The position numbers and the translations under genes are program-made. Of a stretch of 64,000 nucleotides of DNA, positions 10,391 to 19,743 are shown one piece after another. The stretch comes from an uncultured Gammaproteobacteria bacterium. Lineage in GTDB: Bacteria > Patescibacteriota > Microgenomatia > CAYQLK01. The stretch covers positions 30,245-94,244 of the forward strand of contig CAYOLO010000001.1 in NCBI GenBank assembly GCA_964404855.1, written 5' to 3'. Positions within the stretch are counted from its first letter, which is position 1. Every line of letters begins with the position of its first letter. Under the pieces are notes generated by a model. That model was not told the DNA's origin. It saw nothing but the letters and a program-made list of their open reading frames with translations, and ran no database searches.

Positions 10391-11334
10391 AAGGTTTGAC
10401 CAATTTCTTCAAAATTTTGATATTTTTGAGAATAAACTTGTCTGACTGCTCCGATTATACAGTAGCTTAACCAATTATTAGCTGTAAGATTACAAGTTTG
10501 GATGATTTTTTCTGCATTAGCTTTAGACTCGAATACAATGAAGTAGCCTAGACTTACAAAACATTCCTCTGCCACCCTGTTCAAAGTAATTCGCTCACAG
10601 TCGCTGATTATTTTTTTTATATCCCACGAATGCTTGTTGGCGTAAACATTAAAAACGTACCTAGAACAATTATTTTCATATTCAATCTCGATACCTGAAC
10701 ACCTTTTTATAAACTCCTCTTCGTGTCCTGTATATAGCTCTGGATGCTCTGAGTACTCCATAAAAACACCGTCGTAGCAATAACTTCTGTTTTCATTTTG
10801 AAATGCCTTGCAGTCGATCAATGATGATTCAAGATTATTATTGTTTGCACCAAAGAGACCATGACCAGACCCGTGAATACATCCGGATAAAAAATCGGGG
10901 TTTAATCTAAATGTTTCTGTGCAAACTTTTTCTATTTCTGGTATTACACTTTTACCGAGAGTTAGTATTGTGCTTTCAGTAATCCCATGAAAACAACCAT
11001 AACTAAATGTTGCGTCACATATTTTAAGACCATCAACGCCGAATTTTTTGAATGCAGAATTGCCGACAATGTGAGCAAACTGGTGAACATCATCAATTGT
11101 TTGGTTATCTTTTGTAAATTTGTTTTTTAGAAAAATCCAGGATTCTTGTGGGTCTTCCATTGCTGCTTTTGAAAAAGATTCAAGCTTTTGCTGATATGTT
11201 AAAGAATCAAAATTAGAAAGCGGATTAGTTTTTTGTGGGTTATTCCGAACTAAAAATAATCTTAATGCTGCAAAAATAAAGACACAAACAAGCAGAATAC
11301 AAATTAGTTTGATATTTTTACTCTTTCTGAACAT
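10315..11334 (-). CDS. secreted Cys/His-rich paralog family member 7
   Basis: Motifs VHQFAHIVG, SYGCFHGI, CIHGSGHG and GVFMEY. Confidence 0.6.
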   Translation of the reverse strand: MFRKSKNIKLICILLVCVFIFAALRLFLVRNNPQKTNPLSNFDSLTYQQKLESFSKAAMEDPQESWIFLKNKFTKDNQTIDDVHQFAHIVGNSAFKKFGVDGLKICDATFSYGCFHGITESTILTLGKSVIPEIEKVCTETFRLNPDFLSGCIHGSGHGLFGANNNNLESSLIDCKAFQNENRSYCYDGVFMEYSEHPELYTGHEEEFIKRCSGIEIEYENNCSRYVFNVYANKHSWDIKKIISDCERITLNRVAEECFVSLGYFIVFESKANAEKIIQTCNLTANNWLSYCIIGAVRQVYSQKYQNFEEIGQTLCQSIKSNKSAFQNCKKETQGLTNL

Positions 11335-12470
11335 ATTTTTTTATTTTCTTCACTTTCTACTACCTTGCATGCGTTCAAATGATCAGATATTGATAACCAT
11401 CTGGTAAAAACCCAAGATACCCTTTCAAAGCAATAGGGTTGATACTCACTCTGAAGGGTGGTACAAAAATCAACAGCTTGAATTAATGCAGCATTCTGTC
11501 CGCCAAATTTATCATCAAAAGCGCTTACGATACCTAAATAGCAAAATAGTTTCTGTTTGCTTGTTCCGTTAACTACATTACATATATCTTTTAATTGCAA
11601 AATGTTTTCAGCGTTTGGCATAACGCTACTTCCAATTGCGCCAAAACATTCGTCTTGAGCAGATTCTGGTATGTTCTGGCAAAATTTACTTGTCTCTGTC
11701 CAATTACCATGACCAATATGGTTATGATAAATCGTTAGAAAAATATAGCACTGCTCTTGGAAGTTTGTTGCAAGCTTATTACATGGGTATAACTTATCTG
11801 ATGTTGTTGGAAGATATTTAGAAGGTAAATCGGTGCTTGAACTTTGAGGAAAATTTTCCATGAATACTCCCCCGTAGCAAGTAGATTTTTGAATATTTAA
11901 TTCATCACAAAGTAGCAATGAGTCAAATAATTCGTAGTTTTTTGCAACCATAATTGCATGCCCAACACCATGAATACATTGTTCCAGAAAACCTTGTTGA
12001 TTTTTTTCGATAAAAATATCACAAGCGCTTTGCATTTTTTCTTTGAACTCCAAGCTCTCGGGGGATGAGGAGAGGCTACTGAGTAAGCCAATCACAACAC
12101 CATGATAGCAAGCATTAAAATATACAGGCGTACACTCAATAAATACTTCGGCCAGGTTTTGGCTTATAAAATATTTTTCCATTGATAAAAAATGTAAATA
12201 ATCATGAAACTGGTAAGGGGTATCTTTCGCTTGAATTATTTCCAATGCCTCAAGAATATCTGTAAAGGAATATTGACTTAAATCACTTATAGCCAGTTTT
12301 CTGGTACAGGAGTTTCTGGAAGATGACTCATTACACTCTGATATGTTTATTGGTAAAGAATCAACTAAGGCTAAGTTTTGATTATTCGCTTTGAACAAGT
12401 TTTTTAAAACAAAACACGAAAGAAAAAAAGTAGTTAACCAAAAAAAAATAAGTAATTGTTTTATTTTCAC
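11304..12470 (-). CDS. secreted Cys/His-rich paralog family member 8
   Basis: Motifs FHDYLHF, NACYHGV, CIHGVGHA and GVFMEN. Confidence 0.6.
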   Translation of the reverse strand: MKIKQLLIFFWLTTFFLSCFVLKNLFKANNQNLALVDSLPINISECNESSSRNSCTRKLAISDLSQYSFTDILEALEIIQAKDTPYQFHDYLHFLSMEKYFISQNLAEVFIECTPVYFNACYHGVVIGLLSSLSSSPESLEFKEKMQSACDIFIEKNQQGFLEQCIHGVGHAIMVAKNYELFDSLLLCDELNIQKSTCYGGVFMENFPQSSSTDLPSKYLPTTSDKLYPCNKLATNFQEQCYIFLTIYHNHIGHGNWTETSKFCQNIPESAQDECFGAIGSSVMPNAENILQLKDICNVVNGTSKQKLFCYLGIVSAFDDKFGGQNAALIQAVDFCTTLQSEYQPYCFERVSWVFTRWLSISDHLNACKVVESEENKKICSERVKISN

Positions 12471-12477
12471 TTGAACA

Positions 12478-12909
12478 TCAAAGACTTAAAAATCCTTTTG
12501 AATATTCAAATCCAAACAGAGACTTAAATGGCTTGTCGTCAGTTATATCAATTAACCTTTCACCTGTAGTGTCTTCAATTAGTTTGACTGTGTAATTTGA
12601 AATTTCTGGGTCAATTTTTTGAACTTGCGGTTTGATTGTTTTGATTTTTACATTTTTGTGATTTCCTTTTGTTAAAAAATCTGTTCCACCTAAAAATAAA
12701 CCGGTATTTCTATCTGATTTTGCGTGCTGAAATATAGAAGCAAATCCATTTCCTGGCATGTTAATAGAGTCTATAACTACCTCATCGGCAATAGCTTGTG
12801 AAGTTATTGAGATACTTAAATTCTTTGCTCTAAAATAGTCAATCCATACGAGGGCTGCAAAGATAGCGATTATTATTAATGGAATTAGGAAAACGAATAT
12901 TTTTTTCAT
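12478..12909 (-). CDS. hypothetical membrane-anchored protein
   Basis: N-terminal TM helix. 143 aa. Confidence 0.4.
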   Translation of the reverse strand: MKKIFVFLIPLIIIAIFAALVWIDYFRAKNLSISITSQAIADEVVIDSINMPGNGFASIFQHAKSDRNTGLFLGGTDFLTKGNHKNVKIKTIKPQVQKIDPEISNYTVKLIEDTTGERLIDITDDKPFKSLFGFEYSKGFLSL

Positions 12910-12924
12910 TAATTTAAGAGCATT

Positions 12925-13569
12925 GTGATGTATAATTTTACTATAAAAGTTATGAGAGCAAAAATTATTATCGTTATTGTTTTGACTGGGACTATTTTGG
13001 TTCTGGCATTTTTATTATTTAGACCAAGCGGCGATCAAAAGTCAAAAGAAAATTCTGCCTCAATTAAACCTAAGGCCTTAACAACAATAACGAGCGAAAC
13101 TAAAAAGCAAACTAATGAAGAATTTGGAATTAGGTTTGAATATCCCGCTAACTATGAACTAACTGAATCTATTGCAACCAGCCTGTATGGATCAACGGAG
13201 GCAGTTGCTTATACATTTATTGATACAACTAGGCCATATATTGCACCAGTTAAATTAAGTTTTTATAAAATTTTAGAAATAAAAACAATTGAAGAGTTAG
13301 TATCTATATTAAAAATTGATTTTCCTAATATTACTACTCAAACTTGTAAACCACAGAAACAAAATACCATTTGTGTCGCACTACTTACAAAAGAGGGTGA
13401 ACCCCAACCACCGTTTCATTTTATAAAACAGTATGATTTTGGACTGACTGCTACGACGATGGACTTTCCTGAAAAAGATACAGTTCTTTATGACGATTAT
13501 GATCAAAATGGTGTAAGCCTAGATGACCCACTAGCTAAAGTGTTTAGTACTTTAGAAAGGACGGAGTAG
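12925..13569 (+). CDS. hypothetical secreted protein
   Basis: N-terminal TM/signal. No recognised domain. Confidence 0.4.
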   Translation: MMYNFTIKVMRAKIIIVIVLTGTILVLAFLLFRPSGDQKSKENSASIKPKALTTITSETKKQTNEEFGIRFEYPANYELTESIATSLYGSTEAVAYTFIDTTRPYIAPVKLSFYKILEIKTIEELVSILKIDFPNITTQTCKPQKQNTICVALLTKEGEPQPPFHFIKQYDFGLTATTMDFPEKDTVLYDDYDQNGVSLDDPLAKVFSTLERTE

Positions 13570-13590
13570 AAAAAAACTTCAAAGTAATTT

Positions 13591-14724
13591 ATGTATAAAC
13601 TTGTTTTTATTTTGACAAGTCTGGGAGTTGTTGTAATTAGCTATATCTTGATTTTTTTGTTTATTCATAATTACATAAAATCGACAGCATTACTGCTTGA
13701 AATTTTCCCATTAATTGAACCAAGACCGTTATCGGTTCTTGAAAAAGAGCCTATTAAGAAGGAAGTGGAAATAATTTCAGGAAAAAATATTTTAAAAACC
13801 GATATTTGGATACCTGGAGATTTAGATGACAAAAAAAAATATCCTGCAATAATTTTATCGGCAGGTGTTAATTTACCAAAAGACGATCATAGAATTCTTG
13901 CAACCATTAAGGGTTTGGCAAAAAGTGGTTTTGTTGTAGTAGTGTCAGATGTTCCGGAACTGCTTGCGTCAAGATACCTAAGTAGTACGATTAACGATTT
14001 TGTAAATATTTTTCAATTTGTTGAAGAGCAGCCATATGTTGAAAAAACAAAGGTTGGCTTCGCTGGATTTTGCTTAGGATCATCATTCGCATTACTGGCA
14101 TCTAGCGAAGAAGAAATTAGAGATAGGGTTTCATATATTCTTGTTAATGATGTTTTGTATGATATGTATAAATTTACAAGAGACGCTGTTACCGAGAAAA
14201 TTAACGACAACGAACCGGTTATTGATTGGTACGCGGAGGACGAAACAAGAGAGATACTTTACCGAGAATATTCTGACTATATTATTGATGACAAGGAGGG
14301 ATATTTGATTTTTCAAACGCTTTTTAAGCGAGAAAGATTAACCGAGGAACAGTACAAAAATTTATCAAATGATGGTAAAGTTTTTTATGACTTTTTATCC
14401 AATACCGACCCAAACAAATCGCCTGAGTTATTTGCCAGACTCCCAGAAGAAGCAAAAAAAATTATTGATAATATGTCCCCAAAAACAAAAATTCGTGATG
14501 TGAAAGCCAAATTGTTTGTGACTTCAGGCAGAAATGTATTTTTGCCAGCAAGCCAAGCAAAAGATTTAGTTAACGACCTTCCGAAGGATCAAGTTTCTTA
14601 TACGAGCTTGGAGTTTTTTCAACACGACAAGACGGTAAAATCTGAAAATGCTTTTGAAAATATAATTCAAGCCATGTTTGCAATAAAACATTTAAAAAAT
14701 GTTTTTGATTTTGTTCAGCACTAA
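13591..14724 (+). CDS. membrane-anchored alpha/beta-hydrolase (dienelactone-hydrolase-like)
   Basis: N-terminal TM helix. Nucleophile-elbow-like GFCLGSSFA. Fold-type similarity only. Confidence 0.45.
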   Translation: MYKLVFILTSLGVVVISYILIFLFIHNYIKSTALLLEIFPLIEPRPLSVLEKEPIKKEVEIISGKNILKTDIWIPGDLDDKKKYPAIILSAGVNLPKDDHRILATIKGLAKSGFVVVVSDVPELLASRYLSSTINDFVNIFQFVEEQPYVEKTKVGFAGFCLGSSFALLASSEEEIRDRVSYILVNDVLYDMYKFTRDAVTEKINDNEPVIDWYAEDETREILYREYSDYIIDDKEGYLIFQTLFKRERLTEEQYKNLSNDGKVFYDFLSNTDPNKSPELFARLPEEAKKIIDNMSPKTKIRDVKAKLFVTSGRNVFLPASQAKDLVNDLPKDQVSYTSLEFFQHDKTVKSENAFENIIQAMFAIKHLKNVFDFVQH

Positions 14725-14730
14725 GAATAT

Positions 14731-15582
14731 TTATTTCGAAATATAAATCATCCCGATTCCCATTCCGTCTATTTCACTATTTGATTGGTTATCATATTCT
14801 GCATAGAAATCAATTAAGTCACCTTTTCTCACTATTTGTTGATTTTTTTTGTAAGTAAAATAAGGAATTTTTTGAATATTTGTAAAATCGGGACTCGGTG
14901 ATATTTTGTAGCTAGCGTCTCCAATTTTTATTGTGATTTCTTTGCCGTAATTGTGCAAATGTCCACCAATATAGACAACCTTGCCGTTGTCGGGAGCATA
15001 AACCTTAGGGTCGATTGTTAAAGTTTGTTTGGTTTTAGCTGGAATATAAAAAGTGGGATCGTTCGTACAGTTTTTGACATCAACCCAGATTGGCTGTACA
15101 GGAATTAGTTGTGAAAAAAAGTTTTTTGGCTTGGTTTTGAATGTAAACCGAATTTTAATATCGTCTAGTTTTTTTGGTGTGGGATTAATTAAATGATTAA
15201 TTACCGCAATACCATCTGTACGATTAATCGGATAGCCATACCCTTTAGGTAAAACTAGTGGACTTATCTCTTTGCCGTTTGCGTGAATTCTTTCTTTAAA
15301 AACATTGGGGCATGTGTAATCTGGTTTGCTTAGATTCTCTAAAATCACATGATGGATAGTTTCTCTCTCAGCACCCACGACCTCATAATCAATATTGGTA
15401 ATCCAAAATGATTGTTTGGGAAAAAACTTAATAAAATCATACTTTCCAATATAGTCGTTTTCGGCAATAGTATAGCTATGGCTAGTAAGAACAATTGTTT
15501 GAGGTGAGGTAAACTTTGTAAAAATAAAACAAAGTACTAAAATCGTAATCCAAATATAAATTTTTTTCATAAATCGAGACAA
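14731..15582 (-). CDS. secreted protein with copper type-II monooxygenase (PHM/DBH)-like signatures, paralog 1
   Basis: HHVILEN...C, RIHANG, GGHLHNYG and C-terminal IDGMGIGM. Pattern HH / H / HxH..G / M as in peptidylglycine alpha-hydroxylating monooxygenase (PHM). About 280 aa, compatible with two beta-sandwich domains. Confidence 0.4.
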   Translation of the reverse strand: MSRFMKKIYIWITILVLCFIFTKFTSPQTIVLTSHSYTIAENDYIGKYDFIKFFPKQSFWITNIDYEVVGAERETIHHVILENLSKPDYTCPNVFKERIHANGKEISPLVLPKGYGYPINRTDGIAVINHLINPTPKKLDDIKIRFTFKTKPKNFFSQLIPVQPIWVDVKNCTNDPTFYIPAKTKQTLTIDPKVYAPDNGKVVYIGGHLHNYGKEITIKIGDASYKISPSPDFTNIQKIPYFTYKKNQQIVRKGDLIDFYAEYDNQSNSEIDGMGIGMIYISK

Positions 15583-15587
15583 TTTTA

Positions 15588-16574
15588 GTGTATGATATTA
15601 GTGTCAATTTAGCTATGAGAATAACACATCACAGACAACTATTTTTTTTGATTAGTATTGCATTTATTACTATCGTAATTTTAATTTTTCAAAAAAATCA
15701 TTCAAATGATTTGAGTAGAAAAAATGTTTTTGAATTTTTTACAGACCCAATTGAAATTAAGGCAAACTCAAAACCAGTTGATTTAATGAAAGGCGTTGAG
15801 ACGAACCTTTATTCAAATGGAGAGTTTGTAGTGCCAATGGATGGATATATAAAATCATATAATCCAGAGGCTGTAAATGCGCCAAAAGAATCAATGAGAT
15901 ACACCTACGCATTTAAGGTTGGAGAAAAAGATCCAGTGTGCAACAAAAAAGATGAATTGGCGCATGTGGTATCTATTGAATATAACGAAATGCACTACTA
16001 CTCAAAATTTGGTTATGGTTACAAAGTTAACAAGGGAGACAAAATACATTTTAGTTCTGCGTTTGCTAATTTTTCGAATATCGATCTGAAAAATGTCCAT
16101 ACAAAATTTAGAATCGAAATGGCTGAAATGAGCGAAAATTTAATTCCTGTCACGCCTGTTTATCTAAATGCCGTACCTTGCACTTCAATGTTTTTTGTTC
16201 CTGCAAAAACTAAGGACTATGTCAAATCAATGGAGATTCCATATGAAGTACCGTTTGATAGTAAATTAATGATGGCAGGATCACACGGACACAACTACAC
16301 TGACACAATATCTTTAATTAAAAATGGCAAACCAATTTGGACTACTGGACCTTTGCTAACAGACAATGGAATGAACGCAGGCAACCCAATTTATCTAAAT
16401 GTAGGCGGAATTGGATATGCCAACGATGGAGTAAGGTTTAAAAAAGGAGACAAATTATCAGTATCAATAAAAATGACCAATCCAAAAGATACACAAATTG
16501 ACGGAATGGGCACAATGTTAATTTTTCTAATTCCTGATTCTGGAGATCAGATTTTTCCCAATGCTGCTCACTGA
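15588..16574 (+). CDS. divergent paralog of PHM-like family (CuH site apparently degenerate)
   Basis: Keeps SHGHNY and IDGMGTM and the shared FVPAKTK block. Lacks the HH pair. Confidence 0.35.
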   Translation: MYDISVNLAMRITHHRQLFFLISIAFITIVILIFQKNHSNDLSRKNVFEFFTDPIEIKANSKPVDLMKGVETNLYSNGEFVVPMDGYIKSYNPEAVNAPKESMRYTYAFKVGEKDPVCNKKDELAHVVSIEYNEMHYYSKFGYGYKVNKGDKIHFSSAFANFSNIDLKNVHTKFRIEMAEMSENLIPVTPVYLNAVPCTSMFFVPAKTKDYVKSMEIPYEVPFDSKLMMAGSHGHNYTDTISLIKNGKPIWTTGPLLTDNGMNAGNPIYLNVGGIGYANDGVRFKKGDKLSVSIKMTNPKDTQIDGMGTMLIFLIPDSGDQIFPNAAH

Positions 16575-17500
16575 TAATTTAAATAAATGATTGATGATGC
16601 CATAGCATCGATTTCTTTATCAAGCGGATTTTCATAAAGTCCTTCTATTTCAATTTTTTGCCCACCATATACTTTGAAATTTTGATTATCAATATCACTA
16701 AAGAAATTTATTTTTTTGATTACCCCATCCTCAGATTCGGGAATATAGTTTATTTCCACGTCACCAACTTTGAGTTTTAGATTTTTGCCATAGTTGTGAA
16801 GATGTCCCCATGCATATAATAATCTTGCGCTGGTCGGGACTGTGTCTGGATAAGTTAATGTTAATGTCTCGGACGTTTTTGGCGGAATAAAGACGCTGGT
16901 GTCCCATTCGCATTTTTTCACATCAACCCAGATTGGGTGAGCAAATCGCAGCCTTCTAATGAAAGACTCTGGCTGAAAATGAATCTTAGCTTTAATTTTT
17001 ATATTTTTGTACTCTTCTTTTGTTGTGTTATATAAGTGAATATAAGTTCCTAATTGTTCTTTTTGTTTCATATAATAACCGAAGCCAGCGGGTAGATATA
17101 AAGGAGTAAACTCTTTAGCGGTGGCATGTAGCCTGTCGGGGAAAAAGTTGGGGCATGCTCTATCTCGTCTAGAGTTGTTAACTAAAATTGCATGATGGAC
17201 TCTTTCTTTGGGCGCTCCAGTTATTTCGAACTCCACCCCTGTTATCCATCCATTACTAGGAATTGAATGTTTTTTAAAATTATAGATTCCATACTCGTTC
17301 CCAGACTCAAGAACTAGAGAATCGCTTTCCACTTCAAATATTTTGTCCTTAAAAAAATATAAAGATGAGAAAGAAATAATAAAAAATATAAACCAGAGAA
17401 ATACAATTTTTTTATGTAAGAACATGCGTTGTACTATTGTATAATATCTATATTCGATTACCAATGATTCGGGCATTATTTTTGGGTATATTTTTTTCAT
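16568..17500 (-). CDS. secreted protein with PHM/DBH-like copper monooxygenase signatures, paralog 3
   Basis: RVHHAILVN...ACPNFF, RLHATAKE, WGHLHNYG and EIDAMAS. Confidence 0.4.
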   Translation of the reverse strand: MKKIYPKIMPESLVIEYRYYTIVQRMFLHKKIVFLWFIFFIISFSSLYFFKDKIFEVESDSLVLESGNEYGIYNFKKHSIPSNGWITGVEFEITGAPKERVHHAILVNNSRRDRACPNFFPDRLHATAKEFTPLYLPAGFGYYMKQKEQLGTYIHLYNTTKEEYKNIKIKAKIHFQPESFIRRLRFAHPIWVDVKKCEWDTSVFIPPKTSETLTLTYPDTVPTSARLLYAWGHLHNYGKNLKLKVGDVEINYIPESEDGVIKKINFFSDIDNQNFKVYGGQKIEIEGLYENPLDKEIDAMASSIIYLNYQ

Positions 17501-18636
17501 TTTTAATTTCGTTTTTAGTAGGTTTTGGCCTTGTAAAATTAGGTGTAAGTTTTGCTAGTAATAATATTGAAGACAAAGAGCTTGCCTTGTTTATGAAGAC
17601 TTGTATAAATGATAAGGACAAAGACCATTGTTATGACAAGGTAGCTGAACAATTAGCAAATAAATTTACTTTTGATCAAATTAAGACTTTTATGGTTAAA
17701 AATCTCACAGCTCAGGAGCTGGATAATTGTCACACAATTTCGCACAATATTGGGAAAGAAGTCTATAAAAAAACCGGTGATTATTTAATTACTTTTACAG
17801 GATCTAACTTGGAATTATGTATTTATGGGTTTTCACATGGAGCACTAATGCAGTATTTCAAAACCACAGGTTTTGAGGATGCAGGCGATAAAGAAAAAAT
17901 TAAAAAAATATTTATTACTGTTTGCCAAAAAGGTGAAACAATAAAAGAAGTGAGTCAACATGTGGAGTGTGTTCATGGATTGGGACATATTGCGATGATA
18001 CTTTCAAACAATTCATTGAAAGACTCACTAGAAATTTGCGATCTTTACGATAACGATGTTTATAGCAAAATGTGTTATGGGGGAACTTTTATGGAAAATT
18101 TTATGAATACCTCGGCAGGCTCTAGAAACCGACTAGTCGAGGGAGAAAATTTTGACAAGCCTTGTAGCGTTATAGATTCGAAGTACTGGGATTTATGCTA
18201 CTACTGGAAAGGTGCATTCTTTTTTGTGACATCTAAAGGTAATTTTACTAATGCGGTTAGTTTGTGTTTGAATGTTCGAAAGGATTATGAGAAGGAGTGT
18301 TTAAAAAGAATGTCGAGGGTTTATACACAAGCAAATACAGGAAAACTAAAGGAAATATATTCTAATTGTCAAAAATTAATGTTTAATAATGGTATTGAAA
18401 GCTGTATTACTGGAGCAGTCGAATCAATAATCGGCGATGTTGGAGACAAAAAATATTTACGCGATTTTTGCAATATGACAGGAGATAAAATTGATATTTG
18501 TTACGGAGTATTTATGAAAGCAATTGAAGAATGGGGATCAGATACAAAAGAAGAGCTGGAAAAAGAGTGTAACTTTTTATTGGACCTGAACTACAAAAAT
18601 AGATGCATGACTAATTTAGGAAAAAAATTCCTTTAA
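17437..18636 (+). CDS. secreted Cys/His-rich paralog family member 9
   Basis: Motifs CHTISHNIG, LCIYGFSHG, CVHGLGHI and GTFMENF. Confidence 0.55.
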   Translation: MYNIYIRLPMIRALFLGIFFSFLISFLVGFGLVKLGVSFASNNIEDKELALFMKTCINDKDKDHCYDKVAEQLANKFTFDQIKTFMVKNLTAQELDNCHTISHNIGKEVYKKTGDYLITFTGSNLELCIYGFSHGALMQYFKTTGFEDAGDKEKIKKIFITVCQKGETIKEVSQHVECVHGLGHIAMILSNNSLKDSLEICDLYDNDVYSKMCYGGTFMENFMNTSAGSRNRLVEGENFDKPCSVIDSKYWDLCYYWKGAFFFVTSKGNFTNAVSLCLNVRKDYEKECLKRMSRVYTQANTGKLKEIYSNCQKLMFNNGIESCITGAVESIIGDVGDKKYLRDFCNMTGDKIDICYGVFMKAIEEWGSDTKEELEKECNFLLDLNYKNRCMTNLGKKFL

Positions 18637-18709
18637 AGTAGGGTGATTTTGGTATTCTATCAACAAACTGACAATACTATAGATAATCATCAACAAATAG
18701 TAAATTAAA

Positions 18710-19741
18710 ATGGGAGGTAAAAAAACAAATAAAAAAAATGCAATTGTTTTAGAAACGCAAGAATATGTCAAATTAAAAAACTCAATTGAACAAGAAGGAA
18801 TATTAAATAGATCATATTTTTATTACTCATTACTTGCCTGTTGTGACTTATTAATATTTGCGCTTTCAATTATTGCTGTTTTTATCTCAACTAATATTTG
18901 GTTAATTGTAATATTTTCAGCAATGGTTGGTTTTTTTGCGGTCAGAATGGGTGGACTTATGCATGACGCTGGACATCAAGCTATTTTTAGGAGTGAAAAA
19001 AATAATGATATTGCAGGATATATATTTGGAACATTAGCAACGATTGCTTTTGCTGGATGGAAATCTTCACATAGTGCCCACCATGCGAACCCCAATCAAG
19101 AGGATGAAGACCCAAATGTTGAATTACCAATTTTGTCGTTTAATGTTGAAAGGTATCAATCAAAAAAGGGGTTGTCCAAACTGCTTAGAAAATATCAAAT
19201 GTATTTGTATTACCCACTTCTTATTAGTGTTGGTTTTGGTATGAGAATTGCGGATATTTTTTATTTTAAAAGCTCATTTAAACTACCAAAGCTTTGGCAG
19301 TTGGAGATTTTTTTAATTGCATTTTTCTGTATATATTTCTTACCTTTTTTAGTCTTTCCTTTTACTAAAGCTGTAGTAGTTGTGATTGTTTCAAATATTG
19401 TTACCGGAATTTATTTTTCTACAATATTTGCCCCAAACCATAAAGGTATGTATGAGCCCAAAAAAGGCGAGCGCTTGTCTTTTATTAAACATCAAATTAT
19501 TACTTCGAGAAATATAAATTCGAACCCAATAACTGATTATGTTTTTATGGGATTAAATTACCAGATTGAACACCATCTATTCCCAATGTGTCCGAGGAAT
19601 AAATTAAAATACATTACTCCACATGTTGCGAAGGTTTGCGATAATCAAAAATTGGAATTTACTAAAGTTTCTTTTATTAGATCTAATTTAATTATTCTTG
19701 AATCACTAAAAACAGTTGTCACTAAGGCAAGTACTATTTAA
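18710..19741 (+). CDS. membrane fatty-acid desaturase family protein
   Basis: Three His boxes (HDAGHQ, HSAHHANPN, QIEHHLFP) and multiple TM helices. Confidence 0.75.
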   Translation: MGGKKTNKKNAIVLETQEYVKLKNSIEQEGILNRSYFYYSLLACCDLLIFALSIIAVFISTNIWLIVIFSAMVGFFAVRMGGLMHDAGHQAIFRSEKNNDIAGYIFGTLATIAFAGWKSSHSAHHANPNQEDEDPNVELPILSFNVERYQSKKGLSKLLRKYQMYLYYPLLISVGFGMRIADIFYFKSSFKLPKLWQLEIFLIAFFCIYFLPFLVFPFTKAVVVVIVSNIVTGIYFSTIFAPNHKGMYEPKKGERLSFIKHQIITSRNINSNPITDYVFMGLNYQIEHHLFPMCPRNKLKYITPHVAKVCDNQKLEFTKVSFIRSNLIILESLKTVVTKASTI

Positions 19742-19743
19742 GA

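Noticed and set aside
1500-12470. Possibility that the Cys/His-rich family are c-type cytochromes
   Set aside because: No CxxCH heme-binding motif is present in any copy. The recurrent pattern is CxxxCxHG, which does not fit heme-c attachment.
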